Shown here: one piece after another, positions 26,601-37,800 of the stretch | Layout of the letters: the number at the start of each line of letters is the position of its first letter | How positions within the stretch are numbered: position 1 is the first letter of the stretch | NCBI GenBank assembly: GCA_043228905.1 | Contig: JBHGNT010000012.1 | Span: forward strand, 14,632,001 to 14,696,000 | Reading direction: 5' to 3' | Source of the DNA: Azolla caroliniana | Lineage: Eukaryota > Plantae > Polypodiophyta | Length of the DNA stretch: 64,000 nucleotides | The notes under the pieces: generated by a model | The model's database searches: none | What the model was told of the DNA's origin: nothing | Seen by the model: only the letters and a program-made list of their open reading frames with translations | Translations under genes and position numbers: made by a program

Positions 26601-27623
26601 GTCCTGTTTCGAAAGCCGGAGCGCGTCGTCCAGCCCATATTTCTCTAGGAGTCAGCCTTCGAACTCCTCCCAGGTACAGCTCTCCGCCCGTACCTCGAGC
26701 ACCTCCGCATGGATGCTCGGCATCGCCACTCGAGGGAACCCGGCAAGACGCCTCTCTTCCGGAATGTCCCGCATCAGCATTTCCGCCCCGTAGGACGCCA
26801 AATACTTCGTAGCATCCTTTCCGCTGAAACGGCCGATCGTACCGACAACCGCCTCAATGGCTCTGTCGAGGGCACCGGTGCCCTCGCGTGTGCTCAATAT
26901 CCGATCCACGGCCGAAGCCATGGCCTCTGCAAGATCCGATCCCCTCATCTTCTGCTCTTCTGCCGCCTCCTTCACGTCGGGTTCACCAATTTGTCGAGGT
27001 TTTCCTCGCTGATGCGTGGAGTGAGGCGGAACCTCGGGGGTCCTGTACCGAAGAGCAAGAGAGAAAGAGAAGAGACCCACTACGTGCGAGCGTAGATTCA
27101 CAAGGACACGGCCCTTCGACGCAAGACGCGAGTGGGACAACGACACTGAGAGACACGAAGGTATGTATGTATTAACAAAGACAACAACAAGAACACGAAA
27201 GCAACAAAAACACGAAGTCGGTTACAACCAAACAGGCCGGCGAACAGATGCCGATGCCATTTCGTAAAAGTACAGAAAGAAAGGAGCAGGTTAGAGGTGC
27301 TGCCGGAAGCACTCGGGCATTCCTCAGAGCAGCGCGAGCCTCCCGAAACCTGCACAGAAAGAAGCTATGGAGTTTGCGAGCCAGAGAGAGAGAGAAGCCT
27401 TCGCACACAAACCGACAGCACTTCGTCCTCGACTCTCCGCGATCCCCCTACCCTCCTCGTCTCCCTCCTTTTATAGGCAAGGAAGGAGCCGTTTCCCCTT
27501 TACTCCCTACCTACTGAATCTACCTAGGATCTCCTATGTACAAGTTAAGGTGCACGTGCATGAAGAGTCGGCTTCTACGCTCCGGTGCACCGATTCCGCT
27601 CGTGGACGGTTTTCTTCACGACA
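20690..27623 (-). mobile_element. Element B: decayed Trp-primed gypsy-type LTR retrotransposon (same group as element G, different LTR family)
   Basis: 5' LTR at 26992-27623. The 3' LTR at 20690-21266 lost ~54 bp in a deletion with ACCG microhomology. PBS TGGTGAACCCGACGTGAA at 26988-26971. Gag-PR spans ~26950-24821 and pol ~24830-21340, both with stops. Confidence 0.92.
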
Positions 27624-28419
27624 GCGTGCCGCAATGGAGGAAGAGATGCGCGCATTAGCGGAGAATGAAACCTGGGACCTAGTTGACGCACCGAAGGGTG
27701 TGAAGCCGATTGGATGTAGGTGGGTGTACAAGGTCAATTACAACACCGACGGCTCGATCAACTGATACAAGGCCCGGTTTGTAGCGAAAGGCTACACATA
27801 GAAGCACGACGTGAACTACGACGAGACCTTCATGCATGTCGCGAAGATGACTACCGTGCGTGTTCTATTAACCGTAGCCGCGGCGAAGGGGTGGCATTTA
27901 CATCAGATGGATGCCAAGAATGCGTTCCTACAAGGCGAGCTTGAGGAACAGGTGTACATGGTACAACTCCTCGGATTTCACTCCGGAATGAACACTTCGG
28001 TGGTCTGCCGGTTGAAGAAGTCCCTTTACGAACTAAAGCAAGCCCTGCGTGCTTGGAACGCAAAAATCACGCAACATTTGCGTCGGATGGGATTTGCTAC
28101 GTCCAAATCGGACTCTTCACTATTCATTCGGCAAGGTTGACTCAGGCCAGTTAGTATTTTACTTTATGTTGATGACTTGGTCATCACCGGCGCCGACCTT
28201 GGTGAAATTGACAGCGTAATGTTCTAGGTCGCGACATCATTTGACATGAAGGACCTAGGGGACCTTCATTACTTCCTCGGGATCAAAGTGATTCATACCC
28301 CCGAAGGCATATTGATCAGCCAACGTCATTACGCTGTCGTAGTGTAGGTTGCACACTATGTGGAAATTATATTTTTATCCCTCCGGATAGAGAATGGAGT
28401 GCTCGGTGAGAACCGGAAG

Positions 28420-28550
28420 AAAACGGCATACTGGCAAGGAGGAAAAACGGCATACCGGCAAGGAGGAAAAACGGCATACCGGCAAGGAGGAAAACGGCAT
28501 ACCGGCAAGGAAGAAAACGGCATACCGGCAAGGAGGAAAAACGGCATAGA
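28420..28550. repeat. 23-24-bp tandem repeat in the U3 of element G (5 units in the 5' LTR, 3 in the 3' LTR)
   Basis: Unit AAAACGGCATACCGGCAAGGAGG. The copy-number difference accounts for the 47-bp LTR length difference (850 vs 803). Confidence 0.92.
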
Positions 28551-28561
28551 GACATAAATGT

Positions 28562-28655
28562 AAAAAAAGGAAATACTCACTACTGCGCAGGGCGTGATTC
28601 GAACTCTACACCTCCACGTTGACAAACCCCAACCTTACCATTACATTAAATTATC
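28562..28655 (-). promoter_or_regulatory. tRNA-like Pol III cassette (A box, B box, T7 terminator) in the LTR of element G, antisense
   Basis: On the minus strand, TAATGTAATGG (28648) and AGTTCGAATC (28605) are 43 nt apart, followed by a T7 run at 28568-28562. The second copy lies at 35096-35010. Confidence 0.65.
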
Positions 28656-29188
28656 TTAAGTGTTTTAAATATAGATTTAATATGTATAAGACCTTTATTT
28701 ATGCATACCTTTATTAAAAGGTAAATCGTGTATTTTTTTAATATATGAAAAAGACGAGACACTAAAAATAACTCATGCACATCTAGCGTGCATGAGCCCT
28801 ATACTTAGGAAATAAAAAAGCATCACATGCACATTTAGTGGACATGAACACTTTTTGTAAAAATAAAAAAGCATGAAGCCATGCTTAGCTCTTCCTTCCT
28901 TATATAAGGAGGAGAGAAATATGTAAAGGGTTGTTGATTATTTGGATTAAGAATTAATGAATACAAAGATTATTCGTGGGATTCACGATTTATACATCTA
29001 CTTCTCTCTTAACACCTTAAGTACCAATTAATATAGTGTACTCGTGTGATTCACGAGTTTCTTATCCTTCTCTTTGCTATTTACTCATAATTAATCTCTA
29101 TCTCACGAACTTCTTTCTCCTAGTCCAAGACCTCTGTGGTTCCCACCCGACTCACGCAACGATCCGGAGCCGAAAGGCACGACACAGT

Positions 29189-29206
29189 TGGTGAACCCGA
29201 CGTGAA
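29189..29206 (+). other. Primer binding site complementary to the 3' end of tRNA-Trp
   Basis: TGGTGAACCCGACGTGAA is the reverse complement of TTCACGTCGGGTTCACCA, the 3' end of plant cytosolic tRNA-Trp as I recall it. The same 18-mer is in element B. Confidence 0.85.
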
Positions 29207-29245
29207 GACGGGTGGCAAGGAGATGGAGGCTCAACAAGCTAACGG

Positions 29246-31240
29246 ATGCGTCAAGAACAACGCACGATGTCGGAGATTTCGGCATCAGTAGAGCGGCTCG
29301 TGCAACGCAACGGGCAATTTAATGGTAAGGATGTGTCGCGATATTTGCAGGACTACAAGGCGGAGATGCTCCGGTGCCGGGCTTCGGAAGGACTGCAAGT
29401 GACATCCTTTAACCGGGTGGCGACCGACGGGCTTCAAGGGAGTATCCACGGGTTGCAACAACAAAATCCGACGTGGGAAGCATTCGAAGAGGCGTTAAAG
29501 ACCACGTTTGCCATCGAGAACTCCTCCAAGGCAACACGGAGGGGATTCGAGGATTGGGTGGAAACGTCAGGTAAGGGGCTGAAGGTCCTCGAAGTGTTTT
29601 CGACATTCGAAAGTCGGTTCGGGAGGTTGTCCGCGAGAGATCAAACTATTCTTGCACCGGACAAAGTCATCATGTTTTTGCGAGCTGTGGACGTCCGGGA
29701 CCGGAAAGATCTCGGAGTGCTTCTTGATGACACGACCACCGAAAGCGGCCTCACCGAAACATGGGAAAGCGTGCGGGATATCGTCGCGCGGTACACGAAG
29801 AGGGGGCAATGGCTTGCCAACGAAGAAAAGAGGGTTTCGGAACCGATTCCGAAACCGAGAACGGGACTGGAAGACCATCAACCGAGGGCTCGGGAGATTA
29901 CGGCCGAGAAGGGAGTCGACGCGTCTACGGTGGAGCAGCTGCTGAAGGAGATGGAGAATCTAAAGATCGCGATGGTGAAGAAGTCGGATGACCGCCCCAC
30001 AAGCTCTAAATATACGGATCGACGGTGCATATGGTGCGATAGCGCCGAACACGATCGGAGGGATTGCGACGACCATAAGGAGGCGCTACGACGGGATCTC
30101 ATCTACTACGAGGGAAACCGGATTCATTCGATGGACTCTCGGAAGCCACTCCGACCGAACTTCCGGAAAGGCGGAATGAAGAAGGTGCTCGAGGAGGAGT
30201 TAGCGGCAAGAAACAACTATGCGACAACCGCGGGAATATGTGTCGGGGAGTCAACGGGAGCAAAGGCGTCTTTCTGGCCGGAGGTGCTAGGAAACACCGA
30301 GAAAACCGACTCCAACGATATCCGAAACACCGCGGAAGGCGTCCGGGAAGCTACGGGATGGGAGTGCCCTGTCGACAAGAATAGCATATACGCCCTGTGT
30401 CAATTACATGAGGTGTATGTGGACGAGAAACGACGGCGCACGGAGGATGCGGCCGGACCATCGAAGATACCGGAAAGCTGGAACTCCGGAGGTAAGGGAA
30501 AAGAAAAGGCGACTCCGGCATTCAACCTCGCCTCGGACATAGAACAACAAACCGACTTGAAAAGAGTGTTCGAGGAAAGAATCTTCGATAGCCGGGTAGA
30601 TTTTTCGCTGCGGGAACTACTCGGAATAGCGAAGAAGGAGTTTCACGATCTTCTCGTGGATCTCGTGAAAAGGAAGAGACAAAGTACGGAGGAAAATGCT
30701 CCAAGGGTGAATGCAAATACCGTTTCAATGAACGACACCGAAGTGGAAGGCGAAATTCCGAACTCCCACTATACAAGGCCACACTGGGCACGTGCGACTA
30801 CGGAGACTCCGGTCCGAATCGGCAACATCAAAGAACCCGTGCTAGCATTGATTGATCACGGATCGGAGATCAACTTGATGTCCAAGGAGTTCTACCGAAA
30901 GGGGAAGTGGCCTATAAACACCAACCATGGATGGAAGATTCGGGCAGGCACGAAAACGACAGAAGACCTATTTGCGGCTTGTCCGGATGTGACGGTAAAG
31001 ATCGGGGATGTCGAAATTGACCAAAATTTCTTTGTGCAGGATGAGGTTTCACATTCTGTCATCCTCGGCCAACCCTTTATCACGGCTTCACGGATGGAGA
31101 CGAAGGTGCTCGATAGTGGTGCGGCTTTTGCGCGAATTCGGAGCCAAAACGGAGGGAAATCCGTCCAATTCCTAACGGTACCGGCAAATCACGAAAGGAA
31201 CAAGAGGGAACTCTTGTCCCAAGTGAGAATGGATTTTTAA
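29246..31240 (+). CDS. gag: Gag-protease polyprotein of element G (CCHC knuckle, probable DUF4100-like region, aspartic protease)
   Basis: 664-aa ORF with the zinc knuckle CIWCDSAEHDRRDC, the protease motif ALIDHGSEINLM, and VILGQPF. Confidence 0.9.
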   Translation: MRQEQRTMSEISASVERLVQRNGQFNGKDVSRYLQDYKAEMLRCRASEGLQVTSFNRVATDGLQGSIHGLQQQNPTWEAFEEALKTTFAIENSSKATRRGFEDWVETSGKGLKVLEVFSTFESRFGRLSARDQTILAPDKVIMFLRAVDVRDRKDLGVLLDDTTTESGLTETWESVRDIVARYTKRGQWLANEEKRVSEPIPKPRTGLEDHQPRAREITAEKGVDASTVEQLLKEMENLKIAMVKKSDDRPTSSKYTDRRCIWCDSAEHDRRDCDDHKEALRRDLIYYEGNRIHSMDSRKPLRPNFRKGGMKKVLEEELAARNNYATTAGICVGESTGAKASFWPEVLGNTEKTDSNDIRNTAEGVREATGWECPVDKNSIYALCQLHEVYVDEKRRRTEDAAGPSKIPESWNSGGKGKEKATPAFNLASDIEQQTDLKRVFEERIFDSRVDFSLRELLGIAKKEFHDLLVDLVKRKRQSTEENAPRVNANTVSMNDTEVEGEIPNSHYTRPHWARATTETPVRIGNIKEPVLALIDHGSEINLMSKEFYRKGKWPINTNHGWKIRAGTKTTEDLFAACPDVTVKIGDVEIDQNFFVQDEVSHSVILGQPFITASRMETKVLDSGAAFARIRSQNGGKSVQFLTVPANHERNKRELLSQVRMDF

Positions 31241-34200
31241 AGCGGACTGTTGCGGAGTGGGGAAGTGATAGTCCGAGAAGCCCTGATACCCCACACAGGA
31301 AGAAAACTCTCGGAGCAAAACAAGTACGAATCGGCCCGGATGGGGCATCTACGTACACGGCCGTAACCGGAGGAATGAAGAAACAATACCGACAAGTGGA
31401 GGATAAGTTACGGTCGGTATCAATAATAAAAGAAGACGAAGAAATCGTGGGAGTGATCGAGGAAGTGTTCTATGGGAATACACTAGAACGGCTTGAAGAG
31501 CTTGCGGAAGATAAAAGCCAAGGGAACCGGGTAGTCCCGGTGGAATCGGTCGAGATGTACGAGATCGTTGCGAAAATGGGGCCGGATGCGCTCCGCAAAG
31601 AAGAAGCAATGGTAAGTACGAAATACAAGACCGTGGAGAAGAAGGTAAAACCGGCCGCGGGACCACTACCCGCCGATAGCGAACAAAAGAAGAAAGAAGT
31701 CTCGGGAGATCCGACACTTCGGAAGTCCGTGGATATCGGACATGTCTTCACAGATGAGACCCGGAAGAAACTTCGGATCGGTGGAGGTGGGTTCCTCTTA
31801 CAAGAAGAAGAAAAACGGTTTCGAGAGATGTTGGAGCAACATGGCAAAGCATTCGCGTTCACATCGAGGGAGATCGGATGCATTGATCCAAAGATAGTGG
31901 AGCCGATGGTGATTTTCACGATTGATCATGTACCGTGGAACCTGAAGCCGATTCCGGTGCCACGGGCGCATATTCCGAAAGTCATCGACTTGCTCAAGGA
32001 GAAGGTGGCGATGGGGATTCTAGAGCCATCAAGTGCTCCGTACGCAAATCGATGGTTTACGGTTCCGAAGAAGAATGGGTCACTCCGATTCATCCAAGAC
32101 TTGCAACCGGTGAACAAGGTCACGATCCGGAACTCGGGAGTCGGTCCGATAGTGGACGAATTCGCGGAAGCTTTTGCCGGACGTGCGATATACTCCATCG
32201 GGGACCTATACTCTGGGTATGACCAATTCCAACTAGCCGTGGAGAGCCGAGACATCACTACCATGCGGACACCGATAGGACTAGTTCGAATGTGCACACT
32301 ACCACAAGGAGCGACAAACTCGGTTGCACATATGATGAACGCGATGAACAAGGTGCTTCGAGATTGCATCCCGGAGATAACGATGCCGTTTCTAGATGAC
32401 ATTCCGATGAAAGGATGCGCGGTGGAAGAAAAAGATGAGACTATGGATGATCGGGGATGCCGAAAGTTTGTGGTCGACCATATTCATGATTGCGAGAAAG
32501 TGTTGCGAAAGCTAGAAGATGTGCACCTAACACTTTCCGGGGAGAAATCGGCATTCGGGCAAGAAGAAATATTGGTGGTCGGACATCTATGTGGACCCTA
32601 CGGCCGAAGACCGTCACCAACAAAGATCGATGCGATTCAAGCTATGAAGGAAGTATGTGAGTCAACATCGGAAGTCCGAAGGTTTCTGGGTGCGTGTGCA
32701 TTCTATCACATATGGATTCCGCACTATGCACATATAGCGGACCCGCTCTATCACTTGTTGCGGAAAGGTAAGAAATTCGAGTGGAAACCGGAACACACTA
32801 AAGCCATGAGGAAGCTCAAGAAGACACTATGGAGGGCGGAATCACTTAAGAAGCCAAGCTACGAGCGGCCAATCATAGTAACGGTTGATACAAGTCCAAC
32901 CGGTATCGGGTGGGTCATCAATCAAGCCGACTCGGATGGTTCGCGGTATCCGATCCGATTTGGAGCAAAGGTCCTCAACGAAAGGCAACGCGGATATGCA
33001 CAAGTCAAAAGAGAATTGTGGGGAGTCGTGTCGGCGATAAAATCGGATCGGGATTATTTGATCGGAGCTGAAGTGGTGATCGAGACGGATTGTCTTCCGA
33101 TACTCGGGATGATGCGGTGTTCTACGATACCGGATGTGGCTATGCTAAGGTGGATTGCATATGTCAAGTCACTCAATCCGGAGGTTCGACACATCTCGGG
33201 GAAGGACAACGCGGTAGCGGACATGTTATCGAGGGCGCGGTTTGAAGACGACATAACCGAATCAGATAATGAAGAAGTTTCCGAAGACTACTTCACGTCA
33301 GAACACATATGCCGAGTGAACGTGATCCGAGAATTCCGGGAAGAAGAATACGAGGGGGAAACCTTGATGATCGGGAAGATGCTACAAGAGGTCGAGGATT
33401 CAACCAATGATAAAGAAAGGAGAGCCGAGATCCGAAGGAAGAAGAGGCAAGTCCAAAAGTTCTTCTTGGAAAACGGTTTAATATGGAGGACGCCGAAAAG
33501 ACCGGATGGGATACCACTTCGAGTAGTCGGGATGAAAGAACAACGAAACCGGATAATGTCTGAGTTCCACGAATCCGATTGGGCTGGACATCGAGGAACA
33601 TGGGCAACTTTTGTGAAAATCAAGCAAAGATATTGGTGGAAGAACATGTATAAAGATGTCGCGGAGTTCACAGAAAGCTGCGAGAAATGTCAAGTCTACT
33701 CCGGGGTCCGACACCGAGATGAGCTGCATCCGACATTCTCACCGACAATCAACTTCAAGTGGATGGTCGACATTGTAGCTATGCCGACCGGGATTGGACA
33801 AAAGAAATACTTGGTGTTAGCTCGAGAAGATCTCACAAACCAAGTTGAAGGTCGAGCGCTTCGGAGGAAAACGTGTGCCGCGGTGTGCCAATTTCTTTTG
33901 GAAGAAGTGTTTTGTAGGTACGGCTGCGTAGGACAAGTGATTGCAGACCGGGGAGAACTCGACTCGGACAAAGCTAGGGGATTCTTCGCCAAACATGGAG
34001 TTCGGTTAACGTTGACAACGGCCTACAATCCGGAGGCCAACGGGAAGATCGAACGAGGACATAGTCCGATTGTGAAAGCACTTGCGAAGGCATGCGACGG
34101 AAGGGTGAAGGATTGGCCACAAATGCTTCCGTATGCACTATGGGCGGATCGGACGACGCATAGCTCCGTGACCGGTTACATGCCGGCAGAACTCATGACC

Positions 34201-34842
34201 GGACAAGCACCGGTAATGCCAACGGAAACCGCAATCGCGACATGGACAATACTACCGTGGAAGGAAGAGATGAGCCGGGAAGAACTACTAGCGGTCCGGA
34301 TACGACAACTGGAGGGAAGACCGAAAGATGTAGCGGAAGCGTCACGCCGACAACAAGAAGCACGGTTCCGGAACAAAAGCCGGTTCGACACAAAGCACCG
34401 ACTACGACCGAGGAGGATTGAAGAAGGAGATTGCGTGATCGTCTATGATAGTAGCTTGGACCATCAACATACAACGATGCGGAAATTCGCGAAAAGGTGG
34501 TTCGGGCCGTACGAGGTTCGGAAGGTCTTCGACAACGGGACGTACCGACTGTCCGAGTTGGATGGAACAATACTACGAGTGCCTATAGCCGGGAAGCGGG
34601 TGAAGATTTTCAAGAAGCGGACCGACGACAAACCTTATGTGATCCAAGTCGAGGCCGACAACGAGGAGCAATCGGACGAAGACCACAATGATGCGGGAAG
34701 CGAAGAAAGTGGATTACAACTCATAGTCGACATAAGGGGAGAATCGGAGGAAGCTTCGGATGAAGACGGATACGAAGAATCAAGAACTTCGGCACATACC
34801 GGAGGATGTGCGGGTTTGGAGGGGGCGAGTGTCGTAGTGTAG
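31231..34842 (+). CDS. pol: Pol (RT-RNase H-integrase) of element G, entered by -1 frameshift
   Basis: The frame is open from 31231 through the Met at 31375 to 34842. Motifs: RT DLYSGYDQF, LPQG, FLDD; RNase H VDTSPTG; integrase HHCC and D-D-E (ERGH). Confidence 0.92.
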   Translation, partial: GFLKRTVAEWGSDSPRSPDTPHRKKTLGAKQVRIGPDGASTYTAVTGGMKKQYRQVEDKLRSVSIIKEDEEIVGVIEEVFYGNTLERLEELAEDKSQGNRVVPVESVEMYEIVAKMGPDALRKEEAMVSTKYKTVEKKVKPAAGPLPADSEQKKKEVSGDPTLRKSVDIGHVFTDETRKKLRIGGGGFLLQEEEKRFREMLEQHGKAFAFTSREIGCIDPKIVEPMVIFTIDHVPWNLKPIPVPRAHIPKVIDLLKEKVAMGILEPSSAPYANRWFTVPKKNGSLRFIQDLQPVNKVTIRNSGVGPIVDEFAEAFAGRAIYSIGDLYSGYDQFQLAVESRDITTMRTPIGLVRMCTLPQGATNSVAHMMNAMNKVLRDCIPEITMPFLDDIPMKGCAVEEKDETMDDRGCRKFVVDHIHDCEKVLRKLEDVHLTLSGEKSAFGQEEILVVGHLCGPYGRRPSPTKIDAIQAMKEVCESTSEVRRFLGACAFYHIWIPHYAHIADPLYHLLRKGKKFEWKPEHTKAMRKLKKTLWRAESLKKPSYERPIIVTVDTSPTGIGWVINQADSDGSRYPIRFGAKVLNERQRGYAQVKRELWGVVSAIKSDRDYLIGAEVVIETDCLPILGMMRCSTIPDVAMLRWIAYVKSLNPEVRHISGKDNAVADMLSRARFEDDITESDNEEVSEDYFTSEHICRVNVIREFREEEYEGETLMIGKMLQEVEDSTNDKERRAEIRRKKRQVQKFFLENGLIWRTPKRPDGIPLRVVGMKEQRNRIMSEFHESDWAGHRGTWATFVKIKQRYWWKNMYKDVAEFTESCEKCQVYSGVRHRDELHPTFSPTINFKWMVDIVAMPTGIGQKKYLVLAREDLTNQVEGRALRRKTCAAVCQFLLEEVFCRYGCVGQVIADRGELDSDKARGFFAKHGVRLTLTTAYNPEANGKIERGHSPIVKALAKACDGRVKDWPQMLPYALWADRTTHSSVTGYMPAELMTGQAPVMPTETAIATWTILPWKEEMSREELLAVRIRQLEGRPKDVAEASRRQQEARFRNKSRFDTKHRLRPRRIEEGDCVIVYDSSLDHQHTTMRKFAKRWFGPYEVRKVFDNGTYRLSELDGTILRVPIAGKRVKIFKKRTDDKPYVIQVEADNEEQSDEDHNDAGSEESGLQLIVDIRGESEEASDEDGYEESRTSAHTGGCAGLEGASVVV

Positions 34843-37800
34843 GTTGCACACTATGTGGAAATTATATTTTTGTCCCTCCGGATAGAGAATGGAGTGCTCG
34901 GTGAGAACCGGAAGAAAACGGCATACCGGCAAGGAGGAAAAACGGCATACCGGCAAGGAAGAAAACGGCATACCGGCAAGGAGGAAAAACGGCATAGAGA
35001 CATAAATGTAAAAAAAGGAAATACTCACTACTGCGCAGGGCGTGATTCGAACTCTACACCTCCACGTTGACAAACCCCAACCTTACCATTACATTAAATT
35101 ATCTTAAGTGTTTTAAATATAGATTTAATATGTATAAGACCTTTATTTATGCATACCTTTATTAAAAGGTAAATCGTGTATTTTTTTAATATATGAAAAA
35201 GACGAGACACTAAAAATAACTCATGCACATCTAGCGTGCATGAGCCCTATACTTAGGAAATAAAAAAGCATCACATGCACATTTAGTGGACATGAACACT
35301 TTTTGTAAAAATAAAAAAGCATGAAGCCATGCTTAGCTCTTCCTTCCTTATATAAGGAGGAGAGAAATATGTAAAGGGTTGTTGATTATTTGGATTAAGA
35401 ATTAATGAATACAAAGATTATTCGTGGGATTCACGATTTATACATCTACTTCTCTCTTAACACCTTAAGTACCAATTAATATAGTGTACTCGTGTGATTC
35501 ACGAGTTTCTTATCCTTCTCTTTGCTATTTACTCATAATTAATCTCTATCTCACGAACTTCTTTCTCCTAGTCCAAGACCTCTGTGGTTCCCACCCGACT
35601 CACGCAACGATCCGGAGCCGAAAGGCACGACAACGCGTTGAATATGCTCTACAAATTCGGGATGGCAAACTGTAAGTCCATCTCGACCCCTCTGGATAGG
35701 AACGTGAAGCTTCACCCAGATTCGGGAAAAGCGTGTGACCCGACATGGTTCCGATAGATTGTCGGAAGCCTCATCTATTTGACGGTTACTCGGCCGGATC
35801 TTAGCTACCCGGTCGACTTAATCAGTCAATTTATGTCGCAGCCTATGGCCAAACACTTTCAATGTACGCAAAGGATATTGCGATATGTAAGTGGCACAAA
35901 AGATATGGCGTTGCTATATCGAGCAGGCGTAGCCGAACAGTTAGTTGTCTACACGGATGCCAATTGGGCCGGAAATGCTCACGATCATAGATCCACATCC
36001 GGATACGCATTCTTCTCTAGGAAGTGTGGCAATCATGTGGAGAAGTAAGAAGCAGCTGACAGTAGCATTGTCGAGCACGGAGGCCGAGTATCGAGGGACG
36101 ACTATCGCTACGTGCGAAGTCATTTGGATGAAAGGACTATTACGAGATCTACATGTAGAGGTGTCCGATCCGACGATGATCTGCTGTGACAACCTCAATA
36201 GCATCCAATTAGCGAAAAACCCCATATTCCATGCCCAAACCAAGCACATTGAGGTGCATTACCATTTTGTCTACGAGCGGGTCCTTTTCAGTGAAGTCGA
36301 ACTAGCGTATGTTCCGACGGGTCGGCAGATTGCCGACATCTTCACCAAGCCTCTTGGTCTCAACAAGTTGCGACATTTGTTGGGTGAGTTGGGGTTGCGT
36401 CATCTCGACACACCGAACTTGAGGGGGAGACAAGAACAAGAAAGTGAAAGGAGCGGAGGTGATCATTGCGGCTGAAGTGACTGTGATGCGGAGTCGGATG
36501 AAGAATTCGATCTCGGGCCGATTGAAGAAGCCAAAGAAAGAAGCCGAAGAAAGAATCGAAGGAAATAGTCGAAGACAACCAAATTAGGGGGAGATAAGGC
36601 CAAGACAAAGACGTGGTCAGAAGTTGTCAAAGGCCTAAAGATAGGAGACGAATTGGAGACAACCAATTCTGATGTGAGCGGAATTGAATCGGAATGTTTG
36701 ATTCGGATACGCCGAATCAACTGAAGGCCATGCGGAGAAAAGGGTTGCGAAGGACATGCTGACACCACGACAGCAAGGGAGCTGGGAAGGGCTGGATAAG
36801 CAGACAAGCTGACCGGAAGGGTCAAAGCGCACGGACTCGAACGGGTCAAGGAGCGCGAGCAAGGCGTGAAGCTAAAAGGAACTAGAACGTAGATTCGGAA
36901 GAGCAGACACAACTGCAAGTTGACCTTGAGGGGGAGTGTTGAGAGACAAGCTCAACATTCGGTGTGTAATCGGGTGTGTAACCCAGTGCGTAAACTGGGT
37001 ACATAAAAACGTGCGCACAATAGGCCATAGCGGTGTGTAAACCGCGAGGTCGTTGGAAAGATATTTCGTGTAGGAATATATTTTGGGAGTTAGTGTAGAG
37101 CTCAGTTATGAGCATTGAAGTACGTGTTAGTACTTTTGTCAGTCTGTATGGACTTGTATAAAAGTGCTCACTGAGCACATTCTATGTACAGACTGAGTAG
37201 TATTTTTTGAATTGAGTTGTGTGTATTGACTCTCTCTGTCTGTCTCTCCCGCGTATTGTGTATCCAAGCTCTCCATTAAACCTGTGTTTTCCTATGTTCT
37301 GCTTTCTGTTACTTCTGCACACTGTTTTTACAGCTTTCGAGTGCAAAATCAGATGCATCAGCTTCAAGTATAAAACACGTCATTGGATCGACATGCATTA
37401 AAATTGGTGCAAATGTAAACGCTTGATTTAAACCCTCAAATGCAGAGTTCGCATCTATACCCCATACAAATGGTTGATTCTTGTGTGTTAGTTGAGTGAG
37501 GGGCAATAAAATCTTTGAATAATCTTTGATGAACATTGTACATCTCGCACAAACTGTGGTGTTTGCCAATCCAAAATTGTTTGAAGCTTTGATGGATCCA
37601 TAGAGATGCCATTTGAAGAGACTATGTACCCCAAAAATTCCACTTGACAGTGGTCGAAACTACACTTCTCCAATTTTTCATAGAGACCATACTCTCGTAA
37701 CTGTTGCAAAACTTGGCGAACATGTATCTCATGCTCCTCTTGCGTTTTTTAGTAGATCCAGATATCATCCAGGTAAACTATGATGAAGATATCGAGGAAG

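Larger units (their letters stand above)
28335..35632 (+). mobile_element. Element G: intact, recently inserted gypsy-type LTR retrotransposon
   Basis: LTRs at 28335-29184 and 34830-35632 are nearly identical apart from repeat copy number. 4-bp TSD ACGC, PBS at 29189-29206, PPT GGAGGGGGCGAG, and two uninterrupted ORFs. Confidence 0.97.
17709..37332 (+). mobile_element. Copia-1: decayed Ty1/copia LTR retrotransposon hosting two nested gypsy elements
   Basis: LTRs at 17709-18092 and 36937-37332, TSD GCTTT, PBS TGGTATCAGAGCGC (tRNA-iMet) at 18093, PPT TTGAGGGGGAG at ~36926. Gag, PR and INT lie at 18182-20608. RT and RH pieces lie at 27624-28334 and 35637-36475, with stops and frameshifts. Confidence 0.95.

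Noticed and set aside
21000-27500. Many overlapping antisense and alternate-frame ORFs
   Set aside because: Expected shadows of GC-rich retrotransposon coding sequence, with no independent motifs.
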